A stretch of DNA of 64,000 nt from Nitrospirota bacterium. GTDB taxonomy: Bacteria > Nitrospirota > Nitrospiria > Nitrospirales > Nitrospiraceae. The DNA is taken from contig CAVPBK010000006.1 in assembly GCA_963701855.1 (NCBI GenBank), positions 384,001 to 448,000 on the forward strand, in the 5' to 3' direction. Numbering within the stretch: the stretch's first letter is position 1; the number at the start of each line of letters is the position of its first letter. Positions 1-10,564 of this stretch are shown here, piece by piece. The position numbers were made by a program, and so were the translations under genes. The notes under the pieces are model-generated. The model was not told the DNA's origin, searched no databases, and saw nothing but the letters and a program-made list of their open reading frames with translations.

Positions 1-238
1 GGGCAGAAACGTTAAGGGAACAGGAGGAAACTGTCGGAGTCGAGGAAACATGCCGCTCCACCGACAGAACAGCATGGAGGAACATTCTTCTAGCCTCTGA
101 AGGCTCAAAGGATCTTGAGCATGTTCATCTTCGGATTAGATTTCTTCCGCCGACCGATACGTGATGAGATTGTCGACAGTCACAAGCACTCTCCGCCATG
201 AAACTCCCGATAGACCAGCAGGCACTTTTGACGTCGGC

Positions 239-323
239 CTATCGGAGGATACCGAAGGCCCAGAGAATGACGAGCACAGTGAACGGCACGCCTAGCAGCC
301 AGAGAATGAACCATTTTCCCCAT
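239..323 (-). pseudogene. Tiny hydrophobic membrane peptide (MGKWFILWLLGVPFTVLVILWAFGILR), +1 frameshift right after the start
   Basis: Minus strand reads ATGGGGAAAATGG; removing one base restores a 27-aa LWLLGVP-type peptide ending in TAG; GAGG RBS upstream. Confidence 0.5.
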
Positions 324-347
324 GATAGCCTCTCATTTTCTGTTCGG

Positions 348-943
348 CTAACGACCCGGATCATGAGTCTGTGCGTGCGCGCCCAACTCCTTCAGGAGGC
401 TGGCCAAGTCCTCTGCATGCTCCTCTTCTTGCGCAAGGATCCCCTCCAAGACTTTACGAGTCGTGGGATCATCCGTGCCGACATAGGTGATCATTTCACG
501 ATAGCTGTCGATCGCAATCCGTTCGGCAATCAAGTTTTCCGTGATCATCTCCACCAAGGACGTGCCTTCGACATATTCCGAGTGGCTACGGCTCAGCAGC
601 CCTTCCGGGGACAGATTCGGCTCCCCCCGAGTTGGACAATGCGTTCGGCCAATTGATCGGCATGGGTTTGCTCTTCTGTGGCATGCTGGAGAAACTCCTC
701 CTTCACGCTACGAGAACTGAGCCCGGTGGCCATGAAGTAATGGCGCTTATAGCGCAGGACGCACACGATTTCTGTGGCGAGGGCTTCATTGAGCAGCGTG
801 ATGACCGTCTCCGCTTTGGCCTTGTATCCCGCGGTCATGGCGCCGTCCTCCATCCCTTGGCGCGCCCGAGTCCGGAGCATCTTGACATCGGTCAGACCGA
901 TGGCTTCGTTGACGACTCCTTCCTGTCGGGAAGTACGCGACAT
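348..943 (-). CDS. Bacterioferritin/ferritin-like protein, split by a 1-nt frameshift in a G run (~623-628)
   Basis: LNEALATEIVCVLRYKRH...EEQTHADQLAERIVQLGG in one frame and ENLIAERIAIDSYRE...EEEHAEDL in another; one extra G joins them. Confidence 0.85.
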
Positions 944-1035
944 GGTGGCTTCAGATTGTGCGGTTGTTGATGAAGCTGTTTTCACAGTTCCCTCCTTTCG
1001 GGGAGTTCCCCGTTTCTTATCCTGCCGATCACGAA

Positions 1036-1695
1036 TCACCCAAGTCGTTCCTGGCCCCCTCGGGCGGCTTCCATCAAAGCCCGCTCGCCGAACTGCAACC
1101 GCCTCTCCACAGACTTCCAATCGATGTTTGCGAAAAACGCCTCAATATAGGACGCCCTTTCTGCAGGTTTGTAATCGAGAAGATACGCGTGTTCCCACAC
1201 ATCCATGACGAGGATCGGAATGAACCCCGCCACATGTCCATGTTCATGAAGACTGACCCAGTGGTTGGAAAGTCGGCCATTGTGTGGATCCAAATAACAC
1301 ATGGCCCAGCCCACTCCTCGCATCTTCCCCACGCTGGAAAAATCCAATTTCCACATATCATAGGTGCCGAAACTGTCTTCTGCCGCATTCACAAACGCCG
1401 AGCCTCGATCGGGCTTTGTAGTTCCAGTATTCTGCAAATTTTCGAAGTAATATTCGTGCAAGACCATTCCGTTGTACTCAAACCCTAAACGGCGTGTCAG
1501 TTCCGAATAGGCAGGCATTTCTTCATGATCAATCCAGCCATCTTTAAGCATTTCTCCAATCTCGGCCGTCAGCTGGTTCGCGCTCTGAACGTATCCCTCA
1601 TAGAGCTTGAGATGCATCTCAAGCGTGCGGTCGGAAATCCCGACCAGCCCGTGTAAGTTAAACGGCCTGACGTCGTAGGTGCCTCCCATTTTCAT
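1036..1695 (-). CDS. Fe/Mn superoxide dismutase family protein
   Basis: DVWEHAY signature, MH..YEGYV and NGMVLHEYYF metal-ligand motifs; GGAGG RBS. Confidence 0.9.
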   Translation of the reverse strand: MKMGGTYDVRPFNLHGLVGISDRTLEMHLKLYEGYVQSANQLTAEIGEMLKDGWIDHEEMPAYSELTRRLGFEYNGMVLHEYYFENLQNTGTTKPDRGSAFVNAAEDSFGTYDMWKLDFSSVGKMRGVGWAMCYLDPHNGRLSNHWVSLHEHGHVAGFIPILVMDVWEHAYLLDYKPAERASYIEAFFANIDWKSVERRLQFGERALMEAARGGQERLG

Positions 1696-1906
1696 GTGCC
1701 ACCTCCTGTATTTCTTCAATTGTTCAAACGGCTACCGCAAAGGCTTCGTGTTGATCATTCGCGGCTTGTAAACACGCTCTAGTTTCAGATTGTGCATTGA
1801 ATTGTCCTTGTAATATGGTGCCCGATGGTACCCAGCGCAGTTTGCTATGCCGAAAAACAGGTCCTGCTGATTCAAGAGTGGAGTCAGTCATACCGCTGGC
1901 TTCACC

Positions 1907-2298
1907 TCAGTGACTGGCATCAGCTTTTCGAATCGACAGCGCATGATTCTCATAGTTTATCTTTGCCTCAATACGCTCACCCTTCTTGATTTCTCCGATC
2001 ATCTGGGTCGTTTTATCTGTGTGCAGACGGACTTCCTTCCCGTCTTTCACTTTGACGAAATAGTTTCCGTCTTCGACACGGAACAGTTCGCCCTTGATCG
2101 TCTTGGCACCTTCTGCATGACTACTTCCCTGCTCTTCGTTCATTTGTATGTCATCATCAGATTGGAAACCTTGCCGATCGGATTGGGCGTCGATTTTCAC
2201 CAGGTCTGATGGCGCAGGGGCATGTTCTGCCTGCGCTGCGTTGGACAGCCCGAGGCATAGCAACAATCCACAGGACGAGCACCAACGATTTTTGGAAT
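1907..2298 (-). pseudogene. Small exported beta-barrel-like protein, paralog of 4072-4491, start codon apparently deleted
   Basis: TIKGELFRVEDGNYFVK...IEAKIN..NHALSI; shares GCCTCCTCGGTTAGATG upstream with 4496-4512 but has no ATG after the RBS. Confidence 0.6.
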
Positions 2299-2439
2299 GG
2301 CCTCCTCGGTTAGATGTAAGCGCATAGCTCTACCTATATGCTGCCGAGAGAGTTTTTAGACCTATGAAATTTCCTAGTTTTTGGCGACAAGTCCCTAGGC
2401 CGGGAACCAGACGAGAAGGCGAATAAATGACGTGCCCCC

Positions 2440-2757
2440 TCAGGGAGGCAAGGGCTTGCTAGGGGGTGCAGAGCTGCCTGGGTTCGTTTTCACCGTGGCA
2501 GGAGGAGCTGTTTCGGGATCGATCGCCATGTTGGGATCGACTTTCGGAGGAACGACTGCCGAACGAGGGTCAGGAACCGTCTGAGGGCGTCGTTCAATGC
2601 CCGGGTCTATACGTGAAGGTGGAAGCCTACTTGGTGATTGAGGATGTTCAGGGAGGACCTCATTAGGTACCGAGGGTGATGGAGTGACATCCGCTGACCA
2701 GGCTGGGGAAACCCAAGCGGCCATAATCAACAGTGGTGCTAGCAAGAAGAAGATCAT
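2440..2757 (-). CDS. Proline-rich exported hypothetical protein
   Basis: Signal peptide (AWS-A), Pro-rich body, overlaps the CBS gene stop. Confidence 0.6.
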   Translation of the reverse strand: MIFFLLAPLLIMAAWVSPAWSADVTPSPSVPNEVLPEHPQSPSRLPPSRIDPGIERRPQTVPDPRSAVVPPKVDPNMAIDPETAPPATVKTNPGSSAPPSKPLPP

Positions 2758-3239
2758 ACAGGCCTCATCACTATTCCTAAGAAATGCCCGCTGAAATCCC
2801 GGACGGGAAGAGCGGTCAAACCATGAGCGCGCATCATCGCGTGGACATCGTGCAGCAGGTCATTCTCATTGCAATAGACCGGATCAGGGGTCATGACCTT
2901 GTGAATGGGTTTTGACGAGGGCGCATTCGCCAGGGCAATATCCCGGTCAGAGAGCGTGCCGAACAGCGTGCGACCGCGACAGACGATAACCGCGCCGACG
3001 CCCAACGACTTCATCAGCCGCACCGCTTCTCCGATCTCAGTCAAGGGGGTGACGGTGGTCACGGAACGGCTCATAGCATCTTTGACGCGGATGCATTCGT
3101 GTGGAAGGACTCCCAATTGTTCTGCTTCGGTGGATTCGAGATAGATACCCGAACGCTTCTGTCTTTGTGGACGATCGACGCTTGCACGTTTTGACTGCAT
3201 GACAGTCCCCGGCAATCGATTTTTGTCGACTTTACCCAT
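2754..3239 (-). CDS. CBS-domain protein
   Basis: VKDAMSRSVTTV...GTLSDRDI...VMTPDPVYC...LPVRD. Confidence 0.85.
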   Translation of the reverse strand: MGKVDKNRLPGTVMQSKRASVDRPQRQKRSGIYLESTEAEQLGVLPHECIRVKDAMSRSVTTVTPLTEIGEAVRLMKSLGVGAVIVCRGRTLFGTLSDRDIALANAPSSKPIHKVMTPDPVYCNENDLLHDVHAMMRAHGLTALPVRDFSGHFLGIVMRPV

Positions 3240-4071
3240 CGCTCAATCCCTATCTTCCCTATCTATTGCCCTATGGCCAAGACAGACGCCAATCCTCCAG
3301 GAACTTGTACGGTCATAGAGTACTGTGGTGAGACAGTTCACAACACTGGAAGAATCCCTAGGTTCGGTTGACGGATCTGGTGTTGTGCCCCAACTAGAAT
3401 GCAGACAGGGAAAGTCAGGCACCTGGGTGCTGCGCGTAATTCCTATTCCGCATTCGCGAGGGACATCGGCGCGTTGAAATGGTTTCTCTAGATTGTTCTG
3501 GGATCGTCAAGAACATCCCCCCCGCAGATGCACCCTCTAGCGCATCGGATATGGCGATGACTTTGAGATTAAAAGTTCCTGATCTTCTCTCACACATTTC
3601 AAGACCGTTCATTCCAGGCCTGACAATACCGGTGATGATTTAGGACCTGCTTCTTCAAACCTAGGGAATATCCTAGGTTCACGAAACGAAATCTCAATAT
3701 AGTAATTCGTATACAGGAGGTGACTGCCATGAGAGATATACGTTCGCTCTTTGATGCAATTCTATATGTACTAGGTGGAGTCGTAGCGATCGGTATCTTG
3801 GGTACGACGTTGCTCCCATAGTCACAATCCTCGCCCACCGAATATCCGATACGGTTTTCCGGATTTCTTTTGTCAACAATTCGAGGATCTTCTCATGATC
3901 GCTCTCGATATTTTGTGCCAATCCGAAGTGCACCGGTCTGTTTCCCTGGACTCGCCTCCTCCATCGATAACATCCCGATTTTCGCCACCTATCGTGACTC
4001 AGTCCCTAACTCTCCCAGCGTGACATTCAAAGCGCATACCTTCGATACCACCAGTACGAACCAACTTCGGC

Positions 4072-4491
4072 CTACTCTTTGTCATTTCTGCGATCGGTGA
4101 CCGCTTGTGCCGAGAAAATCGACAGCGCGTGATTTTGATCGTTCACCTTCGCCTCAATATACGTGCCCGGCTCGATGTTTCTTGCCTTCATGGTGGTGAG
4201 GTCGATATGTACTCGCATCTCGTTGCCGTCCTGTCCCTTGATGAGGCAGTCATTGCCTTCGACGCGCAATACTTCTCCCTTAATCGTCTTGCCCCCTTTT
4301 GACTGGCCGCCTTCCGTATCCTTCATTTGTTTTTCCCCAGCCTCTTGAACTCCTTGCCTCCGATCAGATTGGTCGGCTTTCAGTCTGTCTACAGTCGAAG
4401 CCGCATTATCTGCCTGCCCGGCAGTGGACAGTCCAAGGCACAGCAGGAACTCGCAGGACACGACCCCGACGACTTTCGGAAGAGAAATCAT
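4072..4491 (-). CDS. Small exported beta-barrel/OB-fold-like hypothetical protein
   Basis: Signal peptide; TIKGEVLRVEG...IEAKVNDQNHALSI; GAGGAGG RBS. Confidence 0.75.
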   Translation of the reverse strand: MISLPKVVGVVSCEFLLCLGLSTAGQADNAASTVDRLKADQSDRRQGVQEAGEKQMKDTEGGQSKGGKTIKGEVLRVEGNDCLIKGQDGNEMRVHIDLTTMKARNIEPGTYIEAKVNDQNHALSIFSAQAVTDRRNDKE

Positions 4492-4666
4492 GGTAGCCTC
4501 CTCGGTTAGATGAAAAAGTACGACGAGGGATATAAGGGCTTCCGCGTTCCCGCCATGGTTGAAGATGGTTGATCACGGATATTCGACCATCTGTCATCGA
4601 ATTCCAGGGTAGGATTAGGCATTCATTGGAATCGCCGAATATAAGGCTTCCGAGGACACCATGAGT

Positions 4667-6139
4667 TCATCCCGGCATGCCCTGCAACGGTCCGACTTCC
4701 ATATCAACGTCCCGTAAACAATTCTCAGCCCAGTGATAGATATCATGTGAGCTAAGATGAAGGCGCATCTGCCGCATCCGCTCTCTTCGTTCGTTCTCCG
4801 GCATCTCAAGTGCTCGCCTGATTGAATCGGCCATTTCCTCCTGGTCGTAGGGATTCACAATCAGTGCCCCGCTGAGTTCTTCTGCAGCTCCGGCCAGATG
4901 ACTCACCACAAGTACACCGGCCTCATCGATCTGAGAAGCCACATACTCCTTGGCCACGAGATTCATCCCGTCATACACCGAGCTGACAAGCGTTAGGTCA
5001 GCCATCCGGTAGTACGCCACGAGTGTGGATGGAGTCACGCGTCCTTCGATATACTCGATCGGTTTCCATCCCTTGTTTTTCCCTTCCTGCAGCATTTCGA
5101 ACCGTTCGTTGATTTCTGTCACGGTCTTTCTGATGAGATCCCGATATTGGCGATAGACTTCAACATTGTTTCGAGTCGGGATAGCCACCTGAAGGAAGGT
5201 GAACCTCCCGCGATACTCTGGGTATCGATCGAAAAAATCCTTCAACGCCCACAGACGCTTCATCAGACCCTTGGTGTAATCCAGACGATCGACACCGAGC
5301 CCAATTTTCACCCCGCGCGGAACACCCAGGCGTCGCCTTGTGCGAGTCATGAGGTCTTCGACCTCCACCGACTTTGCGAGATCGGAAAACAGATCAAAGT
5401 GTACGCTGATCGCACGCGCTGTTAGTTTTGTCTTCCGCTCGCGGCAGAGCACAATCGCCTTCACCGGATCAATGGAGACTGAAGCATCCAAAAACTCCAT
5501 CACACAATTTGCGAATGCCGTCGCAGAGGACATAGTTTGGAAGGTGAGACAATCGGCTGCTAGAAGGCCTTCGAGCAACTCTCGGCGTTCCGGGAGGATG
5601 CGGAGCACATCAGGTCCCGGCCAGGGAACGTGCCAGAAGTGGCAGATTGTGGTTTCGGGAGAAGCGTTCCTGATCAACGCCGGAAGAATCCCAAGGTGAT
5701 AGTCATGGATCCACACGGTAGCAGGATGCTTGTCTAACTCGTCCAACACCGTCTCGGCGAAGCGGCGATTCAGCGCCTGGTAGCCGGCCCAGAACGCCTT
5801 GCGGTAGGACACCCGATCCAGTGTGACATGACAGAGCGGCCACAGGACTTGGTTGGCGTAGCCGTGGCCACCGTTTTTGACCGCTGCCGCTTCCAACCAG
5901 ACTCTCCGCAATCGATAGGCCGGTGAATCAGGAGGCACAAAAAGTCCATCAACTTGGTCTGGCACTTCATGATCGGCATCCCCGCTACCCCAGGCCACCC
6001 ATATGCCGCCGATACGTTTTAACACTGGGTCCAAAGCCGAAACTAATCCTCCATCTGTATGCTGACAGACCACACCGCCGTCGACCGAGTTATGCTCGTA
6101 GGGTTCACGATTTGAAACAACAAGTAAATTGGACATCAC
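4667..6139 (-). CDS. otsA: Trehalose-6-phosphate synthase (GT20)
   Basis: VVSNREP, GGLVSAL, WIHDYHL, GVDRLDYTKG, DGMNLVAKEY. Confidence 0.95.
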   Translation of the reverse strand: MMSNLLVVSNREPYEHNSVDGGVVCQHTDGGLVSALDPVLKRIGGIWVAWGSGDADHEVPDQVDGLFVPPDSPAYRLRRVWLEAAAVKNGGHGYANQVLWPLCHVTLDRVSYRKAFWAGYQALNRRFAETVLDELDKHPATVWIHDYHLGILPALIRNASPETTICHFWHVPWPGPDVLRILPERRELLEGLLAADCLTFQTMSSATAFANCVMEFLDASVSIDPVKAIVLCRERKTKLTARAISVHFDLFSDLAKSVEVEDLMTRTRRRLGVPRGVKIGLGVDRLDYTKGLMKRLWALKDFFDRYPEYRGRFTFLQVAIPTRNNVEVYRQYRDLIRKTVTEINERFEMLQEGKNKGWKPIEYIEGRVTPSTLVAYYRMADLTLVSSVYDGMNLVAKEYVASQIDEAGVLVVSHLAGAAEELSGALIVNPYDQEEMADSIRRALEMPENERRERMRQMRLHLSSHDIYHWAENCLRDVDMEVGPLQGMPG

Positions 6140-6212
6140 ATGCTCCTTCTCCGGATGAAGTTACTTTCATCCCTGTCGCGACCCTGCCCACCACCCTAAT
6201 ACTCCTGGTCGC

Positions 6213-6440
6213 TTACCCCACGAGACTCTTGCCCTGTTCGATCACATTGCAAATTGATGTCTTGGCGTTGCCCAACATATGACTCGTATCCTCCTCTAGA
6301 TCCTTAGCCAGACTTTCGAGTTGGCGTCGTGTCCGTGCGCCTGATTGGGGCGCCAGTAACAAGCCGGCGCCGACTCCCACAATGAGGCCGGTGAAAAAGG
6401 CAGTTGTACCTATACTTGTGCACCGTGTTCCCTCAGTCAT
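6213..6440 (-). CDS. YtxH-domain general stress protein
   Basis: GAGLLLAPQSGARTRRQL motif. Confidence 0.85.
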   Translation of the reverse strand: MTEGTRCTSIGTTAFFTGLIVGVGAGLLLAPQSGARTRRQLESLAKDLEEDTSHMLGNAKTSICNVIEQGKSLVG

Positions 6441-6479
6441 GGCCGTATCCTCCCTTGTTCTTCTCTGAGGTTGTTCAAT

Positions 6480-6728
6480 TCAGGCATCGCGGCCCTGTTC
6501 GATTTCGCTCGCTTTCAATTCCCTGGGGTTGCGGCAACGGCTGCATCGACCCACAAGTATTCCATTCATGCCGTCTCCGCTGACGCGAAATACTAGGAAA
6601 TATCGAGGGCTCCCACAATGAGCACACATAGGACCTTCCAAATCCCGTAGGACAGGCAATCCTCCGATGAGCTTGTCTTTCTGCATATCGTGACATGCCA
6701 TTGACTGAGAGCGATCGATCTCTTTCAT
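6480..6728 (-). CDS. Small Zn-ribbon hypothetical protein
   Basis: CAHC...CSRC pairs; GGGAGG RBS. Confidence 0.55.
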   Translation of the reverse strand: MKEIDRSQSMACHDMQKDKLIGGLPVLRDLEGPMCAHCGSPRYFLVFRVSGDGMNGILVGRCSRCRNPRELKASEIEQGRDA

Positions 6729-6808
6729 GGACCCTCCCCTTCTGTACACTAATGTCAAATGGGTTCGTCAGTACTACACACGCTCACTGACGTGATGTTC
6801 TGACAATT

Positions 6809-6824
6809 TGCAAGACTCAGACCG
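6809..6824 (-). promoter_or_regulatory. Putative sigma54 -24/-12 promoter
   Basis: CGGTCTGAGTCTTGCA (GG-N10-GC) upstream of the Zn-ribbon/YtxH/otsA genes. Confidence 0.4.
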
Positions 6825-7087
6825 CTTTACCACAACGAAAGTTCCGCATTAGATAACTGTCAATATTTACAATGCATACAGACATGCGGCTTCATCATCG
6901 CGAGCCAGATAATCGCTTGGAAACTTGGTCAGACAAGCGGACTCGTTGGATACGGCTGCGTGACGGGCGAAACACAAGTCACAGTCACATAAGGCGATTG
7001 TGTGTGGAGGGAACATCTTGTCCTCCGAGGACAGGCTGTCTCGATCAAACAATCATCATGCATCAGGGAAAAAATCGACGCGTCCGA

Positions 7088-9253
7088 CTATTTCGTGACG
7101 ACAATCCCGACTTTGCCTTCTCGCCGCAGTATGTTGATGCCGACATCCTTCGTATGATGTTCAAGCAGGAGGTCAACTTCGGCCTCTCCAATCCTGAGAT
7201 TCTTAATTTCAATGTATTCCAGGAACGGCGGCAACACAGGTTGTGAGAACGACAGGCGGGAACGCGGAGCCTCAATTCGCAAACCGAGGCACGATTGGAG
7301 CAGCAGGAACACGGCAACAGATGACCAAGTCTGAGGACTACAGGCTACCGGGTACAGTGTTGGACCTTCACCGGGGCTGCGCTGGAACCCGCACAACAAT
7401 TCAGGTAACCGATGCCGATCGAGAAACAGGCTGGCGTCGAACAGTCCGCAAAGAATCTTCAAGGCGCCTTGTTTGAACCGATAGGCGGCCATACCGGCCG
7501 CGATAAGGGCATTATCGTGCGGCCAAACGGATCCATTGTGGTACGCCATTGGATTAAAGCGGGGCTCAGTGGCAGCGACGGTTCGGATCCCCCATCCGTT
7601 AAAAAACTCATCGCCGACTAGGGTCATGGCCGTTCTTATGCCGCGCTTTGGCTCGGCAATCCCAGTCCAGAGACAGTGGCCGGCATTCGATGTCCTGACA
7701 CGACAAGGCTGCTTGAACCCATCCAACGCTAACGCATAGGACGAGAGATCGTTGCACCAGAAGCTTCGCTCGAACTGAGTGCGTAACGTGTCCGCCTCCT
7801 TGAAGAGACACTTGGACTGTTCCGTATGACCCAGCATCAAAGCCAATCGAGCCGCGCGCCGCTTGGCGGCAAACACATATCCTTGCACTTCGCAGAGCGC
7901 GATGGGCCCTTCCGCCGAGCTGCCATCTGCATGAAACACGGCATCCTGCGAATCTTTCCATCCTTGATGGATGAGTCCGCTTTTCGACCGGCGGCTGTAC
8001 TCCACAAAGCCATCGCCATCGAAGTCCCCTGCGTGATCGATCCACTGCAGCGCAAGATCGATATTCGGCCAGATCTGCTTAATGAAGGCGATATCGCCTG
8101 TCCGTTCGTAATAGGCTCCGGCCAACATGATGAACAACGGGGTTGCGTCGATGCTGCCATAGTAGCGGCCGTACGGAATCTCCTTGAGTGCCGCCATCTC
8201 TCCCTTGCGAGTTTCATGCAAAATTTTACCAATCTCTGCATCCTGCTCCGGGAGCATCTCCCTCGCTTGGGTCGCAGCCAGATAGGACAATACACCACGG
8301 GCGATGCTTGGGTTGATCCACAGAAACTCGAATGCGGTGATGAGTCCGTCTCGTCCGAACGGGGTATTGAACCATGGGACACCGGCGTAGGGGTATGGGC
8401 CGTCGGGAGTGTCTGAGACCATCATGTGGAGGTCAGCCAGCGAGCGATTCAGCCAGACATTGAATTGCTCATTCGATGTCACGATCTGACAATCGCCAGC
8501 CCTGGCGGAATGGAACGCCCGGTCTACCTCGACGAGCGCATGCTCATACGAGACATAAGACCGATCACGCCTGCCGACTTCACAAGAGATCGTCAGATCC
8601 CACTGAACGACTTTTCCAGCCGGCAAGAGCGTGTCAAAACGGATCTCACTCGGATGGACTGTGGTCGGAGCCGGTACACAGAAGAGCGTGACCCACCGAT
8701 CCACACAATCCAACCCCTCATATCCGAGAGAAATTCCATCCTTGAACGTGATCGCCTCCAACCGTCGGCCCCGCCGGCTTCGTATCTTCCCACGGACTTC
8801 GAACAGGTCCGCAAAATCCGCATCCACCGAGAAGGAGAGGCGGACTGGAATGGAAACGAGGCTGTAGTTGTGCACTCGAAGGCGCTCGAAGCAGAGGCCT
8901 TGCCACAAGAATCGAGCGCGGGACAGGTGCAGTGCCCCACGCGGAACCTCCACCTGTCCCTCATGAGTGATATCGGGATTCGTGAGATCGACGTTGAACA
9001 CGACGTTGTTTTCCTTGAGCGTCGAACTGAGCAGTAACGGCCGCTGCCCGTTGAGGCTCAGCTCGAAACGGGACAAAAACCTGGTTCCTTCGTGGTAGAG
9101 GCCGTGCGAGCCAGTTCTATGAGAATGGATATCGCCGTATCGATCGAACAAGCCGAACGTGTCGCCCTGATTCAGCACCTCGATGTGGTCATCGGTCAGA
9201 GAGGAGGAAGCCACAATGTGACATTGATCATTCCGACAATCGACGCGTTCCAT
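7088..9253 (-). CDS. Amylo-alpha-1,6-glucosidase / glycogen debranching enzyme family
   Basis: AGVPWFNTPFGRD, GKILHE, YYGSIDATPLF, QGWKDS, YHNGSVWPHD, LPEL. Confidence 0.92.
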   Translation of the reverse strand: MERVDCRNDQCHIVASSSLTDDHIEVLNQGDTFGLFDRYGDIHSHRTGSHGLYHEGTRFLSRFELSLNGQRPLLLSSTLKENNVVFNVDLTNPDITHEGQVEVPRGALHLSRARFLWQGLCFERLRVHNYSLVSIPVRLSFSVDADFADLFEVRGKIRSRRGRRLEAITFKDGISLGYEGLDCVDRWVTLFCVPAPTTVHPSEIRFDTLLPAGKVVQWDLTISCEVGRRDRSYVSYEHALVEVDRAFHSARAGDCQIVTSNEQFNVWLNRSLADLHMMVSDTPDGPYPYAGVPWFNTPFGRDGLITAFEFLWINPSIARGVLSYLAATQAREMLPEQDAEIGKILHETRKGEMAALKEIPYGRYYGSIDATPLFIMLAGAYYERTGDIAFIKQIWPNIDLALQWIDHAGDFDGDGFVEYSRRSKSGLIHQGWKDSQDAVFHADGSSAEGPIALCEVQGYVFAAKRRAARLALMLGHTEQSKCLFKEADTLRTQFERSFWCNDLSSYALALDGFKQPCRVRTSNAGHCLWTGIAEPKRGIRTAMTLVGDEFFNGWGIRTVAATEPRFNPMAYHNGSVWPHDNALIAAGMAAYRFKQGALKILCGLFDASLFLDRHRLPELLCGFQRSPGEGPTLYPVACSPQTWSSVAVFLLLQSCLGLRIEAPRSRLSFSQPVLPPFLEYIEIKNLRIGEAEVDLLLEHHTKDVGINILRREGKVGIVVTK

Positions 9254-9262
9254 GAGTCCCTC

Positions 9263-10564
9263 TCATCGGGTTCTGATGGACCAGCTCAACCAACCGCCAA
9301 GGGAGGCAGTGAGAAGAAAGGTCACACCGATGCCTGCGACGCCGATCGATTCACCAAACCGTTCTGTGACCCAACCGAACAGACTGATCCCACTGATGGC
9401 GGCAGCCATGGCGCCAGTGCTATAGAGACTCATCACCCGTCCGACGAGGTTTCCGGGGGTCAGTTCCTGGACGATACCCCACGCGATCGGGGTGAACGCT
9501 CCCATACCCCCACCGATGACGACCATGAGCAGACCGACCAACAAGAGATTATTCGTCCAGACGAGCACCCCGATCGCCAATGCGCTCGCTACGCTTGCCC
9601 CAGCGATAATCCTGGTGCGATCCGACAAGTTCCACTCAGTAAACCGCAATAGCGCTATCGACATGAGCAGCAGCCCCACTCCCAGGGCGGACCAGAGGTA
9701 GCCCACCTCGACCGGTCCCAGACCTAACATCTTTTTCGCAAAGACAGGAAACAATGTCGTCAGGGCGCTGGCGCCGAATCCATAGCACCCTGCGGCTACG
9801 ACCAACAACACGATGACGCGTTGTTTGATGACAACGAAGGCCAGTCCCTCGCTGAGATCTTGCAGTGCTGAACCACCGGTCCGTTTTGGTTCTGCAGAAG
9901 GCTGTCGCGTTCCCAATCGTACGAGCCCGAGGCATATCGCCGCCACGAAATACGTGACCGCGTTCAGACAGAGCACTTCCTGGGAACCGAAAAACGCGAT
10001 ACCTATCCCGCTCATGGCCGGACCGAAAATGATGCCCAGGCTGGTCGTGCTCTGAATCAGCGCATTCGCGGCTGTGAACTGCGCCCGTGGGACAATCAGC
10101 GGCACCGACGCCGTCAGCGCAGGACTGAACATCGCCATGGCCACTGCGTCGAGCAGAACAAGGACGTACAAGAAATTGACCGTGAAGGTTTCGGCCTGGA
10201 TGGCGCAGGGAATGATTCCGATCAGCACAGCCCGCAAAACGTTTGATCCGATAAGGAAGAGTTTTTTCGGCAACCGGTCTACATAGACACCAATGAAGGG
10301 ACCGAGCACAATGGGAGGGATCGTATGAAGGAGGCCGATAATGGTGGTTTTCACTGGAGAGCCGGTAATCGAATACACGAACCAGAGGAGGGCAAGGTTC
10401 GAGATACCATCGCCAACTTGGGATATGAGTTGACTGAGCCAGATCAATCCAAAATCTCGCGCAAAAAGCAGGCGCCAGGGGCGCACCGCGCGAACCTGTG
10501 TGTGTGTCATTTCGTTGGGTTGCGCAGGCACTCGGTTGATCATCAGAGTCTGCCAAGATCTCAT
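9263..10564 (-). CDS. MFS transporter (DHA3-like)
   Basis: About 12 TM segments; ISQVGD, GVYVDRLPKK. Confidence 0.9.
   Translation of the reverse strand: MRSWQTLMINRVPAQPNEMTHTQVRAVRPWRLLFARDFGLIWLSQLISQVGDGISNLALLWFVYSITGSPVKTTIIGLLHTIPPIVLGPFIGVYVDRLPKKLFLIGSNVLRAVLIGIIPCAIQAETFTVNFLYVLVLLDAVAMAMFSPALTASVPLIVPRAQFTAANALIQSTTSLGIIFGPAMSGIGIAFFGSQEVLCLNAVTYFVAAICLGLVRLGTRQPSAEPKRTGGSALQDLSEGLAFVVIKQRVIVLLVVAAGCYGFGASALTTLFPVFAKKMLGLGPVEVGYLWSALGVGLLLMSIALLRFTEWNLSDRTRIIAGASVASALAIGVLVWTNNLLLVGLLMVVIGGGMGAFTPIAWGIVQELTPGNLVGRVMSLYSTGAMAAAISGISLFGWVTERFGESIGVAGIGVTFLLTASLGGWLSWSIRTR

Noticed and set aside
1836..1852. Sigma54-like site upstream of SOD
   Set aside because: GG-GC spacing is 11 rather than 10
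3415..4060. Short ORFs between the CBS and exported-protein genes
   Set aside because: No recognisable motif or convincing start; possibly decayed sequence
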